Part shown: piece by piece, positions 32,701 through 47,700 of the stretch
Layout of the letters: every line of letters starts with the position of its first letter
How positions within the stretch are numbered: the first letter of the stretch is position 1
Assembly (NCBI GenBank): GCA_964016885.1
Contig: OZ024741.1
Span: forward strand, 402,876,001-402,940,000
Origin: Eledone cirrhosa
Taxonomy: Eukaryota
Reading direction: 5' to 3'
DNA: 64,000 bases
Notes under the pieces: model-generated
Told to the model about the DNA's origin: nothing
Seen by the model: the letters and a program-made list of their open reading frames with translations, nothing else
Databases searched by the model: none
Made by a program: the position numbers and the translations under genes

Positions 32701-35700
32701 TTACAGTACAGTGTGTGGTCTACCTGGTCATTTACAGTACAGTGTGTGGTCTACCTAGTCATTTACAGTCCTGTGTGTGGTCTACCTGGTCATTTACAGT
32801 ACAGTGTGTGGTCTACCTGGTCATTTACATTACAGTGTGTGGTCTACCTGGTCATTTACAGTCCTGTGTGTGGTCTACCTAGTCATTTACAGTACAGTGT
32901 GTGGTCTACCAGGTCATTTAGAGTCATGTGTGTGGTCTACCTGGTCATTTACAGTCCAGTGTGTGGTCTACCTGGTCATTTACAGTCCAGTGTGTGGTCT
33001 ACCTGGTCATTTACATTACAGTGTGTGGTCTACCTGGTCATTTACAGTACAGGGTGTGGTCTACCTGGTCATTTACAGTCCTGTGTGTGGTCTACCTGGT
33101 CATTTACAGTCCAGTGTGTGGTCTACCTGGTCATTTACATTACAGTGTCTGGTCTAGCTGGTCATTTACAGTCCAGTGTGTGGTCTACCTGGTCATTTAC
33201 ATTACAGTGTCTGGTCTACCTGGTCATTTACATTACAGTGTCTGGTCTACCTGGTCATTTACAGTCCAGTGTGTGGTCTACCTGGTCATTTACATTACAG
33301 TGTCTGGTCTACCTGGTCATTTACAGTCCAGTGTGTGGTCTACCTGGTCATTTACAGTCCAGTGTGTGGTCTACCTGGTCATTTACATTACAGTGTGTGG
33401 TCTACCTGGTCATTTACATTACAGTGTGTGGTCTACCTGGTCATTTACAGTCCTGTGTGTGGTCTACCTGGTCATTTACAGTCCAGTGTGTGGTCTACCA
33501 GGTCATTTACATTACAGTGTGTGGTCTACCTGGTCATTTACAGTCCTGTGTGTGGTCTACCTGGTCGTTTACATTACAGTGTGTGGTCTACCTGGTCATT
33601 TACAGTCCTGTGTGTGGTCTACCTGGTCATTTACAGTCCAGTGTGTGGTCTACCTGGTCATTTACATTACAGTGTGTGGTCTACCTGGTCATTTACAGTC
33701 CTGTGTGTGGTCTACCTGGTCATTTACAGTCCAGTGTGTGGTCTACCTGGTCATTTACATTACAGTGTCTGGTCTACCTGGTCATTTACAGTCCTGTGTG
33801 TGGTCTACCTGGTCATTTACATTACAGTGTGTGGTCTACCTGGTCATTTACAGTCCAGTGTGTGGTCTACCTGGTCATTTACATTACAGTGTGTGGTCTA
33901 CCTGGTCATTTACAGTCCTGTGTGTGGTCTACCTGGTCATTTACAGTCCAGTGTGTGGTCTGCCTGGTCATTTACCGTCCTGTGTGTGGTCTACCTGGTC
34001 ATTTACAGTCCTGTGTGTGGTCTACCCGGTCATTTACAGTCCAGTGTGTGGTCTACCTGGTCATTTACAGTCCTGTGTGTGGTCTACCTGGTCATTTACA
34101 GTCCAGTGTGTGGTCTACCTGGTCATTTACAGTCCAGTGTGTGGTCTACCTGGTCATTTACATTACAGTGTGTGGTCTACCTGGTCATTTACAGTCCAGT
34201 GTGTGGTCTACCTGGTCATTTACAGTCCAGTGTGTGGTCTACCTGGTCATTTACAGTCCAGTGTGTGGTCTACCTGGTCATTTACATTACAGTGTGTGGT
34301 CTACCTGGTCATTTACAGTCCTGTGTGTGGTCTACCTGGTCATTTACAGTCCAGTGTGTGGTCTACCTGGTCATTTACATTACAGTGTGTGGTCTACCTG
34401 GTCATTTACAGTCCTGTGTGTGGTCTACCTGGGCATTTACAGTCCAGTGTGTGGTCTACCTTATCATTTACAGTCCAGTGTGTGGTCTACCTGGTCATTT
34501 ACATTACAGTGTGTGGTCTACCTGGTCATTTACAGTCCAGTGTGTGGTCTACCTGGTCATTTACAGTCCAGTGTGTGGTCTACCTGGTCATTTACAGTCC
34601 AGTGTGTGGTCTACCTGGTCATTTACAGTCCAGTGTGTGGTCTACCTGGTCATTTACATTACAGTGTCTGGTCTACCTGGTCATTTACAGTCCAGTGTGT
34701 GGTCTACCTGGTCATTTACAGTCCAGTGTGTGGTCTACCTGGTCATTTACATTACAGTGTGTGGTCTACCTGGTCATTTACATTACAGTGTCTGGTCTAC
34801 CTGGTCATTTACAGTCCTGTGTGTGGTCTACCTGTTCATTTACAGTCCAGTGTGTGGTCTACCTGGTCATTTACAGTCCTGTGTGTGGTCTACCTGGTCA
34901 TTTACAGTCCAGTGTGTGGTTTACCTGGTCATTTACAGTCCAGTGTGTGGTCTACCTGGTCATTTACATTACAGTGTCTGGTCTACCTGGTCATTTACAG
35001 TCCTGTGTGTGGTCTACCTGGTCATTTACATTACAGTGTGTGGTCTACCTGGTCATTTACAGTCCTGTGTGTGGTCTACCTGGTCATTTACATTATAGTG
35101 TGTGGTCTACCTGGTCATTTACAGTCCAGTGTGTGGTCTACCTGGTCATTTACATTACAGTGTCTGGTCTACCTGGTCATTTACAGTCCTGTGTGTGGTC
35201 TACCTGGTCATTTACAGTCCAGTGTGTGGTCTACCTGGTCATTTACATTACAGTGTGTGGTCTACCTGGTCATTTACAGTCCAGTGTGTGGTCTACCTGG
35301 TCATTTACATTACAGTGTGTGGTCTACCTGGTCATTTACAGTCCTGTGTGTGGTCTACCTGGTCATTTACAGTCCAGTGTGTGGTCTGCCTGGTCATTTA
35401 CAGTCCTGTGTGTGGTCTACCTGGTCATTTACAGTCCTGTGTGTGGTCTACCTGGTCATTTACAGTCCAGTGTGTGGTCTACCTGGTCATTTACAGTCCT
35501 GTGTGTGGTCTACCTGGTCATTTACAGTCCAGTGTGTGGTCTACCTGGTCATTTACAGTCCAGTGTGTGGTCTACCTGGTCATTTACATTACAGTGTGTG
35601 GTCTACCTGGTCATTTACAGTCCTGTGTGTGGTCTACCTGGTCATTTACAGTCCAGTGTGTGGTCTACCTGGTCATTTACATTACAGTGTCTGGTCTACC

Positions 35701-38700
35701 TGGTCATTTACAGTCCAGTGTGTGGTCTACCAGGTCATTTACAGTCCAGTGTGTGGTCTACCTGGTCATTTACAGTCCAGTGTGTGGTCTACCTGGTCAT
35801 TTACAGTCCAGTGTGTGGTCTACCTGGTCATTTACAGTCCTGTGTGTGGTCTACCTGGTCATTTACATAACAGTGTGTGGTCTACCTGGTCATTTACAGT
35901 CCAGTGTGTGGTCTACCTGGTCATTTACATTACAGTGTCTGGTCTACCTGGTCATTTACAGTCCTGTGTGTGGTCTACCTGGTCATTTACAGTCCAGTGT
36001 GTGGTCTACCTGGTCATTTACAGTCCTGTGTGTGGTCTACCTGGTCATTTACATTACAGTGTGTGGTCTACCTGGTCATTTACAGTCCAGTGTGTGGTCT
36101 ACCTGGTCATTTACAGTCCAGTGTGTGGTCTACCTGGTCATTTACATTACAGTGTCTGGTCTACCTGGTCATTTACAGTCCAGTGTGTGGTCTACCTGGT
36201 CATTTACAGTCCAGTGTGTGGTCTACCTGGTCATTTACATTACAGTGTGTGGTCTACCTGGTCATTTACATTACAGTGTCTGGTCTACCTGGTCATTTAC
36301 AGTCCTGTGTGTGGTCTACCTGGTCATTTACATTACAGTGTGTGGTCTACCTGGTCATTTACAGTCCTGTGTGTGGTCTACCTGGTCATTTACAGTCCAG
36401 TGTGTGGTCTACCTGGTCATTTACAGTCCTGTGTGTGGTCTACCTGGTCATTTACAGTCCAGTGTGTGGTCTACCTGGTCATTTACAGTCCAGTGTGTGG
36501 TCTACCTAGTCATCTACAGTCCAGTGTGTGGTCTACCTGGTCATTTACATTACAGTGTGTGGTCTACCTGGTCATTTACAGTCCTGTGTGTGGTCTACCT
36601 GGTCATTTACATAACAGTGTGTGGTCTACCTGGTCATTTACAGTCCTGTGTGTGGTCTACCTGGTCATTTACAGTCCAGTGTGTGGTCTACCTGGTCATT
36701 TACATTACAGTGTGTGGTCTACCTGGTCATTTACAGTCCTGTGTGTGGTCTACCTGGTCATTTACAGTCCAGTGTGTGGTCTACCTTGTCATTTACAGTC
36801 CAGTGTGTGGTCTACCTGGTCATTTACATTACAGTGTGTGGTCTACCTGGTCATTTACAGTCCAGTGTGTGGTCTACCTGGTCATTTACAGTCCAGTGTG
36901 TGGTCTACCTGGTCATTTACAGTCCAGTGTGTGGTCTACCTGGTCATTTACAGTCCAGTGTGTGGTCTACCTGGTCATTTACATTACAGTGTCTGGTCTA
37001 CCTGGTCATTTACAGTCCTGTGTGTGGTCTACCTGGTCATTTACAGTCCAGTGTGTGGTCTACCTGGTCATTTACATTACAGTGTGTGGTCTACCTGGTC
37101 ATTTACAGTCCTGTGTGTGGTCTACCTGGTCATTTACAGTCCAGTGTGTGGTCTACCTGGTCATTTACAGTCCTGTGTGTGGTCTACCTGGTCATTTACA
37201 GTCCAGTGTGTGGTCTACCTGGTCATTTACAGTCCAGTGTGTGGTCTACCTAGTCATCTACAGTCCAGTGTGTGGTCTACCTGGTCATTTACATTACAGT
37301 GTGTGGTCTACCTGGTCATTTACAGTCCTGTGTGTGGTCTACCTGGTCATTTACATAACAGTGTGTGGTCTACCTGGTCATTTACAGTCCTGTGTGTGGT
37401 CTACCTGGTCATTTACAGTCCAGTGTGTGGTCTACCTGGTCATTTACATTACAGTGTGTGGTCTACCTGGTCATTTACAGTCCTGTGTGTGGTCTACCTG
37501 GTCATTTACAGTCCAGTGTGTGGTCTACCTTGTCATTTACAGTCCAGTGTGTGGTCTACCTGGTCATTTACATTACAGTGTGTGGTCTACCTGGTCATTT
37601 ACAGTCCAGTGTGTGGTCTACCTGGTCATTTACAGTCCAGTGTGTGGTCTACCTGGTCATTTACAGTCCAGTGTGTGGTCTACCTGGTCATTTACAGTCC
37701 AGTGTGTGGTCTACCTGGTCATTTACATTACAGTGTCTGGTCTACCTGGTCATTTACAGTCCAGTGTGTGGTCTACCTGGTCATTTACAGTCCAGTGTGT
37801 GGTCTACCTGGTCATTTACATTACAGTGTGTGGTCTACCTGGTCATTTACATTACAGTGTCTGGTCTACCTGGTCATTTACAGTCCTGTGTGTGGTCTAC
37901 CTGTTCATTTACAGTCCAGTGTGTGGTCTACCTGGTCATTTACAGTCCTGTGTGTGGTCTACCTGGTCATTTACAGTCCAGTGTGTGGTCTACCTGGTCA
38001 TTTACAGTCCAGTGTGTGGTCTACCTGGTCATTTACATTACAGTGTCTGGTCTACCTGGTCATTTACAGTCCTGTGTGTGGTCTACCTGGTCATTTACAT
38101 TACAGTGTGTGGTCTACCTGGTCATTTACAGTCCTGTGTGTGGTCTACCTGGTCATTTACATTACAGTGTGTGGTCTACCTGGTCATTTACAGTCCAGTG
38201 TGTGGTCTACCTGGTCATTTACAGTCCAGTGTGTGGTCTGCCTGGTCATTTACAGTCCAGTGTGTGGTCTACCTGGTCATTTACAGTCCTGTGTGTGGTC
38301 TACCTGGTCATTTACAGTCCTGTGTGTGGTCTACCTGGTCATTTACAGTCCAGTGTGTGGTCTACCTGGTCATTTACAGTCCTGTGTGTGGTCTACCTGG
38401 TCATTTACAGTCCTGTGTGTGGTCTACCTGGTCATTTACAGTCCTGTGTGTGGTCTACCTGGTCATTTACAGTCCAGTGTGTGGTCTGCCTGGTCATTTA
38501 CAGTCCAGTGTGTGGTCTACCTGGTCATTTACAGTCCAGTGTGTGGTCTACCTGGTCATTTACAGTCCTGTGTGTGGTCTACCTGGTCATTTACAGTCCT
38601 GTGTGTGGTCTACCTGGTCATTTACAGTCCAGTGTGTGGTCTACCTGGTCATTTACAGTCCTGTGTGTGGTCTACCTGGTCATTTACAGTCCAGTGTGTG

Positions 38701-41700
38701 GTCTACCTGGTCATTTACAGTCCAGTGTGTGGTCTACCTGGTCATTTACATTACAGTGTGTGGTCTACCTGGTCATTTACAGTCCTGTGTGTGGTCTACC
38801 TGGTCATTTACAGTCCAGTGTGTGGTCTACCTGGTCATTTACATTACAGTGTCTGGTCTACCTGGTCATTTACAGTCCAGTGTGTGGTCTACCAGGTCAT
38901 TTACAGTCCAGTGTGTGGTCTACCTGGTCATTTACAGTCCAGTGTGTGGTCTACCTGGTTATTTACAGTCCAGTGTGTGGTCTACCTGGTCATTTACAGT
39001 CCTGTGTGTGGTCTACCTGGTCATTTACATTACAGTGTGTGGTCTACCTGGTCATTTACAGTCCAGTGTGTGGTCTACCTGGTCATTTACATTACAGTGT
39101 CTGGTCTACCTGGTCATTTACAGTCCTGTGTGTGGTGTACCTGGTCATTTACAGTCCAGTGTGTGGTCTACCTGGTCATTTACAGTCCTGTGTGTGGTCT
39201 ACCTGGTCATTTACATTACAGTGTGTGGTCTACCTGGTCATTTACAGTCCAGTGTGTGGTCTACCTGGTCATTTACAGTCCAGTGTGTGGTCTACCTGGT
39301 CATTTACATTACAGTGTCTGGTCTACCTGGTCATTTACAGTCCAGTGTGTGGTCTACCTGGTCATTTACAGTCCAGTGTGTGGTCTACCTGGTCATTTAC
39401 ATTACAGTGTGTGGTCTACCTGGTCATTTACATTACAGTGTCTGGTCTACCTGGTCATTTACAGTCCTGTGTGTGGTCTACCTGGTCATTTACATTACAG
39501 TGTCTGGTCTACCTGGTCATTTACAGTCCTGTGTGTGGTCTACCTGGTCATTTACATTACAGTGTGTGGTCTACCTGGTCATTTACAGTCCTGTGTGTGG
39601 TCTACCTGGTCATTTACATTACAGTGTGTGGTCTACCTGGTCATTTACAGTCCAGTGTGTGGTCTACCTGGTCATTTACATTACAGTGTCTGGTCTACCT
39701 GGTCATTTACAGTCCTGTGTGTGGTCTACCTGTTCATTTACAGTCCAGTGTGTGGTCTACCTGGTCATTTACAGTCCTGTGTGTGGTCTACCTGGTCATT
39801 TACAGTCCAGTGTGTGGTCTACCTGGTCATTTACAGTCCAGTGTGTGGTCTACCTGGTCATTTACATTACAGTGTCTGGTCTACCTGGTCATTTACAGTC
39901 CTGTGTGTGGTCTACCTGGTCATTTACATTACAGTGTGTGGTCTACCTGGTCATTTACAGTCCTGTGTGTGGTCTACCTGGTCATTTACATTACAGTGTG
40001 TGGTCTACCTGGTCATTTACAGTCCAGTGTGTGGTCTACCTGGTCATTTACAGTCCAGTGTGTGGTCTGCCTGGTCATTTACAGTCCAGTGTGTGGTCTA
40101 CCTGGTCATTTACAGTCCTGTGTGTGGTCTACCTGGTCATTTACAGTCCTGTGTGTGGTCTACCTGGTCATTTACAGTCCAGTGTGTGGTCTACCTGGTC
40201 ATTTACAGTCCTGTGTGTGGTCTACCTGGTCATTTACAGTCCTGTGTGTGGTCTACCTGGTCATTTACAGTCCTGTGTGTGGTCTACCTGGTCATTTACA
40301 GTCCAGTGTGTGGTCTGCCTGGTCATTTACAGTCCAGTGTGTGGTCTACCTGGTCATTTACAGTCCAGTGTGTGGTCTACCTGGTCATTTACAGTCCTGT
40401 GTGTGGTCTACCTGGTCATTTACAGTCCTGTGTGTGGTCTACCTGGTCATTTACAGTCCAGTGTGTGGTCTACCTGGTCATTTACAGTCCTGTGTGTGGT
40501 CTACCTGGTCATTTACAGTCCAGTGTGTGGTCTACCTGGTCATTTACAGTCCAGTGTGTGGTCTACCTGGTCATTTACATTACAGTGTGTGGTCTACCTG
40601 GTCATTTACAGTCCTGTGTGTGGTCTACCTGGTCATTTACAGTCCAGTGTGTGGTCTACCTGGTCATTTACATTACAGTGTCTGGTCTACCTGGTCATTT
40701 ACAGTCCAGTGTGTGGTCTACCAGGTCATTTACAGTCCAGTGTGTGGTCTACCTGGTCATTTACAGTCCAGTGTGTGGTCTACCTGGTTATTTACAGTCC
40801 AGTGTGTGGTCTACCTGGTCATTTACAGTCCTGTGTGTGGTCTACCTGGTCATTTACATTACAGTGTGTGGTCTACCTGGTCATTTACAGTCCAGTGTGT
40901 GGTCTACCTGGTCATTTACATTACAGTGTCTGGTCTACCTGGTCATTTACAGTCCTGTGTGTGGTGTACCTGGTCATTTACAGTCCAGTGTGTGGTCTAC
41001 CTGGTCATTTACAGTCCTGTGTGTGGTCTACCTGGTCATTTACATTACAGTGTGTGGTCTACCTGGTCATTTACAGTCCAGTGTGTGGTCTACCTGGTCA
41101 TTTACAGTCCAGTGTGTGGTCTACCTGGTCATTTACATTACAGTGTCTGGTCTACCTGGTCATTTACAGTCCAGTGTGTGGTCTACCTGGTCATTTACAG
41201 TCCAGTGTGTGGTCTACCTGGTCATTTACATTACAGTGTGTGGTCTACCTGGTCATTTACATTACAGTGTCTGGTCTACCTGGTCATTTACAGTCCTGTG
41301 TGTGGTCTACCTGGTCATTTACATTACAGTGTCTGGTCTACCTGGTCATTTACAGTCCTGTGTGTGGTCTACCTGGTCATTTACATTACAGTGTGTGGTC
41401 TACCTGGTCATTTACAGTCCTGTGTGTGGTCTACCTGGTCATTTACATTACAGTGTGTGGTCTACCTGGTCATTTACAGTCCAGTGTGTGGTCTACCTGG
41501 TCATTTACATTACAGTGTCTGGTCTACCTGGTCATTTACAGTCCTGTGTGTGGTCTACCTGGTCATTTACAGTCCAGTGTGTGGTCTACCTGGTCATTTA
41601 CATTACAGTGTGTGGTCTACCTGGTCATTTACAGTCCTGTGTGTGGTCTACCTGGTCATTTACAGTCCAGTGTGTGGTCTACCTGGTCATTTACATTACA

Positions 41701-44700
41701 GTGTGTGGTCTACCTGGTCATTTACAGTCCAGTGTGTGGTCTACCTGGTCATTTACATTACAGTGTCTGGTCTACCTGGTCATTTACAGTCCTGTGTGTG
41801 GTCTACCTGGTCATTTACAGTCCAGTGTGTGGTCTACCTGGTCATTTACATTACAGTGTGTGGTCTACCTGGTCATTTACATTACAGTGTGTGGTCTACC
41901 TGGTCATTTACAGTCCTGTGTGTGGTCTACCTGGTCATTTACATAACAGTGTGTGGTCTACCTGGTCATTTACAGTCCTGTGTATGGTCTACCTGGTCAT
42001 TTACATTACAGTGTGTGGTCTACCTGGTCATTTACATTACAGTGTGTGGTCTACCTGGTCATTTACAGTCCTGTGTGTGGTCTACCTGGTCATTTACAAT
42101 ACAGTGTGTGGTCTACCTGGTCATTTACAGTCCTGTGTGTGGTCTACCTGGTCATTTACAGTCCTGTGTGTGGTCTACTTGGTCATTTACAGTCCAGTGT
42201 GTGGTCTACCTGGTCATTTACAGTCCTGTGTGTGGTCTACCTGGTCATTTACAATACAGTGTGTGGTCTACCTGGTCATTTACAGTCCAGTGTGTGGTCT
42301 ACCTGGTCATTTACATTACAGTGTGTGGTCTACCTGGTCATTTACACTACAGTGTGTGGTCTACCTGATCATTTACAGTCCAGTGTGTGATCTACCTGGT
42401 CATTTACAGTCCAGTGTGTGGTCTACCTGGTCATTTACATTACAGTGTGTGGTCTACCTGGTCATTTACAGTCCTGTGTGTGGTCAACCTGGTCATTTAC
42501 AGTACAGTGTGTGGTCTACCTGGTCATTTACAGTACAGTGTGTGGTCTACCTGGTCATTTACAGTCCTGTGTGTGGTCTACCTGGTCATTTACAATCCTG
42601 TGTGTGGTCTAACTGGTCATTTACATTACAGTGTGTGGTCTACCTGGTCATTTACAGTCCTGTGTGTGGTCTACCTGGTCATTTACAGTACAGTGTGTGG
42701 TCTACCTGGTCATTTACAGTCCAGTGTGTGGTCTACCTGGACATTTACAGTCCAGTGTGTGGTCTACCTGGTCATTTACAGTACAGTGTGTGGTCTACCT
42801 GGTCATTTACAGTACTGTGTGTGGTCTACCTGGTCATTTACAGTCCTGTGTGTGGTCTAACTGGTCATTTACATTACAGTGTGTGGTCTACCTGGTCATT
42901 TACAGTCCTGTGTGTGGTCTACCTGGTCATTTACAGTACAGTGTGTGGTCTGCCTGGTCATTTACATTACAGTGTGTGGTCTACCTGGTCATTTACATTA
43001 CAGTGTGTGGTCTACCTGGTCATTTACAGTCCAGTGTGTGGTCTACCTGGTCATTTACATTACAGTGTGTGGTCTACCTGGTCATTTACATTACAGTGTG
43101 TGGTCTACCTGGTCATTTACAGTACAGTGTGTGGTCTACCTGGTCATTTACAGTCCAGTGTGTGGTCTACCAGGTCATTTACAGTACAGTGTGTGGTCTA
43201 CCTGGTCTACAGTCCTGTGTGTGGTCTACCTGGTCATTTACAGTCCAGTGTGTGGTCTACCTGGTCATTTACATTACAGTGTGTGGTCTACCTGGTCATT
43301 TACATTACAGTGTGTGGTCTACCTGGTCATTTACAGTCCAGTGTGTGGTCTACCTGGTCATTTACATTACAGTGTGTGGTCTACCTGGTCATTTACATTA
43401 CAGTGTGTGGCTTACCTGGTCATTTACAGTACAGTGTGTGGTCTACCTGGTCATTTACAGTCCAGTGTGTGGTCTACCTGGTCTACAGTCCAGTGTGTGG
43501 TCTACCTGGTCATTTACATTACAGTGTGTGGTCTACCTGGTCATTTACAGTCCAGTGTGTGGTCTACCTGGTCATTTACATTACAGTGTGTGGTCTACCT
43601 GGTCATTTACAGTACAGTGTGTGGTCTACCTGGTCATTTACAGTCCAGTGTGTGGTCTACCTGGTCATTTACAGTACAGTGTGTGGTCTACCAGGTCATT
43701 TACATTACAGTGTGTGGTCTACCTGGTCATTTACAGTCCAGTGTGTGGTCTACCTGGTCATTTACATTACAGCGTGTGGTCTACCTGGTCATTTACATTA
43801 CAGTGTGTGGTCTACCTGGTCATTTACAGTACAGTGTGTGGTCTACCTGGTCATTTACATTACAGTGTGTGGTCTACCTGGTCATTTACAGTACAGTGTG
43901 TGGTCTACCTGGTCATTTACAGTCCAGTGTGTGGTCTACCTGGTCATTTACATTACAGTGTGTGGTCTACCTGGTCATTTACAGTACAGTGTGTGGTCTA
44001 CCTGGTCATTTACAGTCCAGTGTGTGGTCTACCTGGTCATTTACATTACAGTGTGTGGTCTACCTGGTCATTTACATTACAGTGTGTGGTCTACCTGGTC
44101 ATTTACAGTACAGTGTGTGGTCTACCTGGTCATTTACAGTCCAGTGTGTGGTCTACCTGGTCATTTACATTACAGTGTGTGGTCTACCTGGTCATTTACA
44201 GTACAGTGTGTGGTCTACCTGGTCATTTACATTACAGTGTGTGGTCTACCTGGTCATTTACAGTCCTGTGTGTGGTCTACCTGGTCATTTACAGTCCAGT
44301 GTGTGGTCTACCTGGTCATTTACAGTCCAGTGTGTGGTCTACCTGGTCATTTACATTACAGTGTGTGGTCTATCTGGTCATTTACATTAGTGTGTGGTAT
44401 ACCTGGTCATTTACAGTCCAGTGTGTGGTCTACCTGGTCATTTACATTACAGTGTGTGGTCTACCTGGTCATTTACAGTCCAGTGTGTGGTCTACCAGGT
44501 CATTTACATTACAGTGTGTGGTCTACCTGGTCATTTACAGTCCAGTGTGTGGTCTACCTGGTCATTTACAGTCCAGTGTGTGATCTACCTGGTCATTTAC
44601 AGTCCTGTGTGTGGTCTACCTGGTCATTTACAGTCCAGTGTGTGGTCTACCTGGTCATTTACAGTCCAGTGTGTGGTCTACCAGGTCATTTACAGTCCAG

Positions 44701-47700
44701 TGTGTGGTTTACCTGGTCATTTACAGTCCAGTGTGTGGTCTACCTGGTCATTTACAGTCCTGTGTGTGGTCTACCTGGTCATTTACAGTCCAGTGTGTGG
44801 TCTACCTGGTCATTATATAGTCCAGTGTGTGGTCTACCAGGTCATTTACAGTCCAGTGTGTGGTTTACCTGGTCATTTAGAGTCCTGTGTGTGGTCTACC
44901 AGGTCATTTACATTACAGTGTGTGGTCTACCTGGTCATTTACAGTCCAGTGTGTGGTCTACCTGGTCATTTACATTACAGTGTGTGGTCTACCTGGTCAT
45001 TTACAGTACAGTGTGTGGTTTGTCTGGTCATTTACAGTACAGTGTGTGGTCTACCTGGACATTTACAGTACAGTGTGTGGTCTACCTGGTCATTTACATT
45101 ACAGTGTGTGGTCTACCTGGTCATTTGCAGTCCAGTGTGTGGTCTACCTGGTCATTTACAGTACAGTGTGTGGTCTGCCTGGTCATTTACAGTCCTGTGT
45201 GTGGTCTGGCTGGTCATTTACAGTCCTGTGTGTGGTCTACCAGGTCATTTACAGTCCAGTGTGTGGTCTACCTGGTCATTTACATTACAGTGTGTGGTCT
45301 ACCTGGTCATTTAGAGTCCTGTGTGTGGTCTACCTGGTCATTTACATTACAGTGTCTGGTCTACCTGGTCATTTACAGTCCTGTGTGTGGTCAACCTGGT
45401 CATTTACAGTACAGTGTGTGGTCTACCTGGTCATTTACAGTACAGTGTGTGGTCTACCTAGTCATTTACAGTCCTGTGTGTGGTCTACCTGGTCATTTAC
45501 AGTCCTGTGTGTGGTCTACCTGGTCATTTACATTACAGTGTGTGGTCTACCTGGTCATTTACAGTCCTGTGTGTGGTCTACCTGGTCATTTACAGTCCTG
45601 TGTGTGGTCTACCTGGTCATTTACAGTCCAGTGTGTGGTCAGCCTGGTCATTTACAGTCCTGTGTGTGGTCTACCTGGTCATTTACAGTCCTGTGTGTGG
45701 TCTACCTGGTCATTTACATTACAGTGTGTGGTCTACCTGGTTATTTACAGTCCTATGTGTGGTCTACCTGGTCATTTACAGTCCAGTGTGTGGTCTACCT
45801 GGTCATTTACAGTCCTGTGTGTCGTCTACCTGGTCATTTACAGTCCAGTGTGTGGTCTACCTGGTCATTTACAGTCCAGTGTGTGGTCTACCTGGTGATT
45901 TACATTACAGTGTGTGGTCTACCTGGTCATTTACAGTCCTGTGTGTGGTCTACCAGGTCATTTCCATTACAGTGTGTGGTCTACCTGGTCATTTACAGTC
46001 CAGTGTGTGATCTACCTGGTCATTTACAGTCCAGTGTGTGGTCTACCTGGTCATTTACATTACAGTGTGTGGTCTACCTGGTCATTTACAGTCCTGTGTG
46101 TGGTCAACCTGGTCATTTACAGTACAGTGTGTGGTCTACCTGGTCATTTACATTACAGTGTGTGGTCTACCTGGTCATTTACAGTCCAGTGTGTGGTCTA
46201 CCTGGTCATTTACATTACAGTGTCTGGTCTACCTGGTCATTTACAGTCCAGTGTGTGGTCTACCTGGTCATTTACAGTCCAGTGTGTGGTCTACCTGGTC
46301 ATTTACAGTCCTGTGTGTGGTCTACCTGGTCATTTACAGTCCAGTGTGTGATCTACCTGGTCATTTACAGTCCAGTGTGTGGTCTACCTGGTCATTTACA
46401 GTCCTATGTGTGGTCTACCTGGTCATTTACAGTCCAGTGTGTGATATACCTGGTCATTTACAGTCCAGTGTGTGGTCTACCTGGTCATTTACAGTACAGT
46501 GTGTGGTCTACCTGGTCATTTACATTACAGTGTGTGGTATACCTGGTCATTTACAGTCCTGTGTGTGGTCTACCTGGTCATTTACAGTAGAGGGTGTGGT
46601 CTACCTGGTCATTTACAGTACAGTGTGTGGTCTACCTGGTCATTTACAGTACAGTGTGTGGTCTACCTGGTCATTTACAGTACAATGTGTGGTCTACCTG
46701 GTCATTTACAGTACAGTGTGTGGTCTACCTGGTCATTTACAGTCCTGTGTGTGGTCTACCTGGTCATTTACAGTCCAGTGTGTGGTCTACCTGCTCATTT
46801 ACATTACAGTGTGTGGTCTACCTGGTCATTTACAGTACAGTGTGTGGTCTACCTGGTCATTTACAGTCCTGTTTGTGGTCTACCTGGTCATTTACAGTCC
46901 AGTGTGTGGTCTACCTGGTCATTTACATTACAGTGTGTGGTCTACCTGGTCATTTACAGTCCAGTGTGTGGTCTACCTGGTCATTTACAGTACAGTGTGT
47001 GGTCTACCTGGTGATTTACAGTACAGTGTGTGGTCTACCTGGTCATTTACCGTCCAGTGTGTGGTCTACCTGGTCATTTACATTACAGTGTGTGGTCTAC
47101 CTGGTCATTTACAGTCCAGTGTGTGGTCTACCAGGTCATTTACAGTCCAGTGTGTGGTCTACCTGGTCATTTACAGTCCAGTGTGTGGTCTACCTGGTCA
47201 TTTACATTACAGTGTGTGGTCTACCTGGTCATTTACAGTCCAGTGTGTGGTCTACCTGGTCATTTACATTACAGTGTGTGGTCTACCTGGTCATTTACAG
47301 TCCAGTGTGTGGTCTACCTGGTCATTTACATTACAGTGTGTGGTCTACTTGGTCATTTACAGTCCAGTGTGTGGTCTACCAGGTCATTTACAGTCCAGTG
47401 TGTGGTCTACCTGGTCATTTACAGTCCAGTGTGTGGTCTACCAGGTCATTTACAGTCCAGTGTGTGGTTTACCTGGTCATTTATAGTCCTATGTGTGGTC
47501 TACCTGGTCATTTACATTACAGTGTGTGGTCTACCTGGTCATTTACATTACAGTGTGTGGTCTACCTGGTCATTTACAGTCCAGTGTGTGGTCTACCAGG
47601 TCATTTACAGTCCAGTGTGTGGTTTACCTGGTCATTTACAGTCCTATGTGTGGTCTACCTGGTCATTTACATTACAGTGTGTGGTCTACCTGGTCATTTA

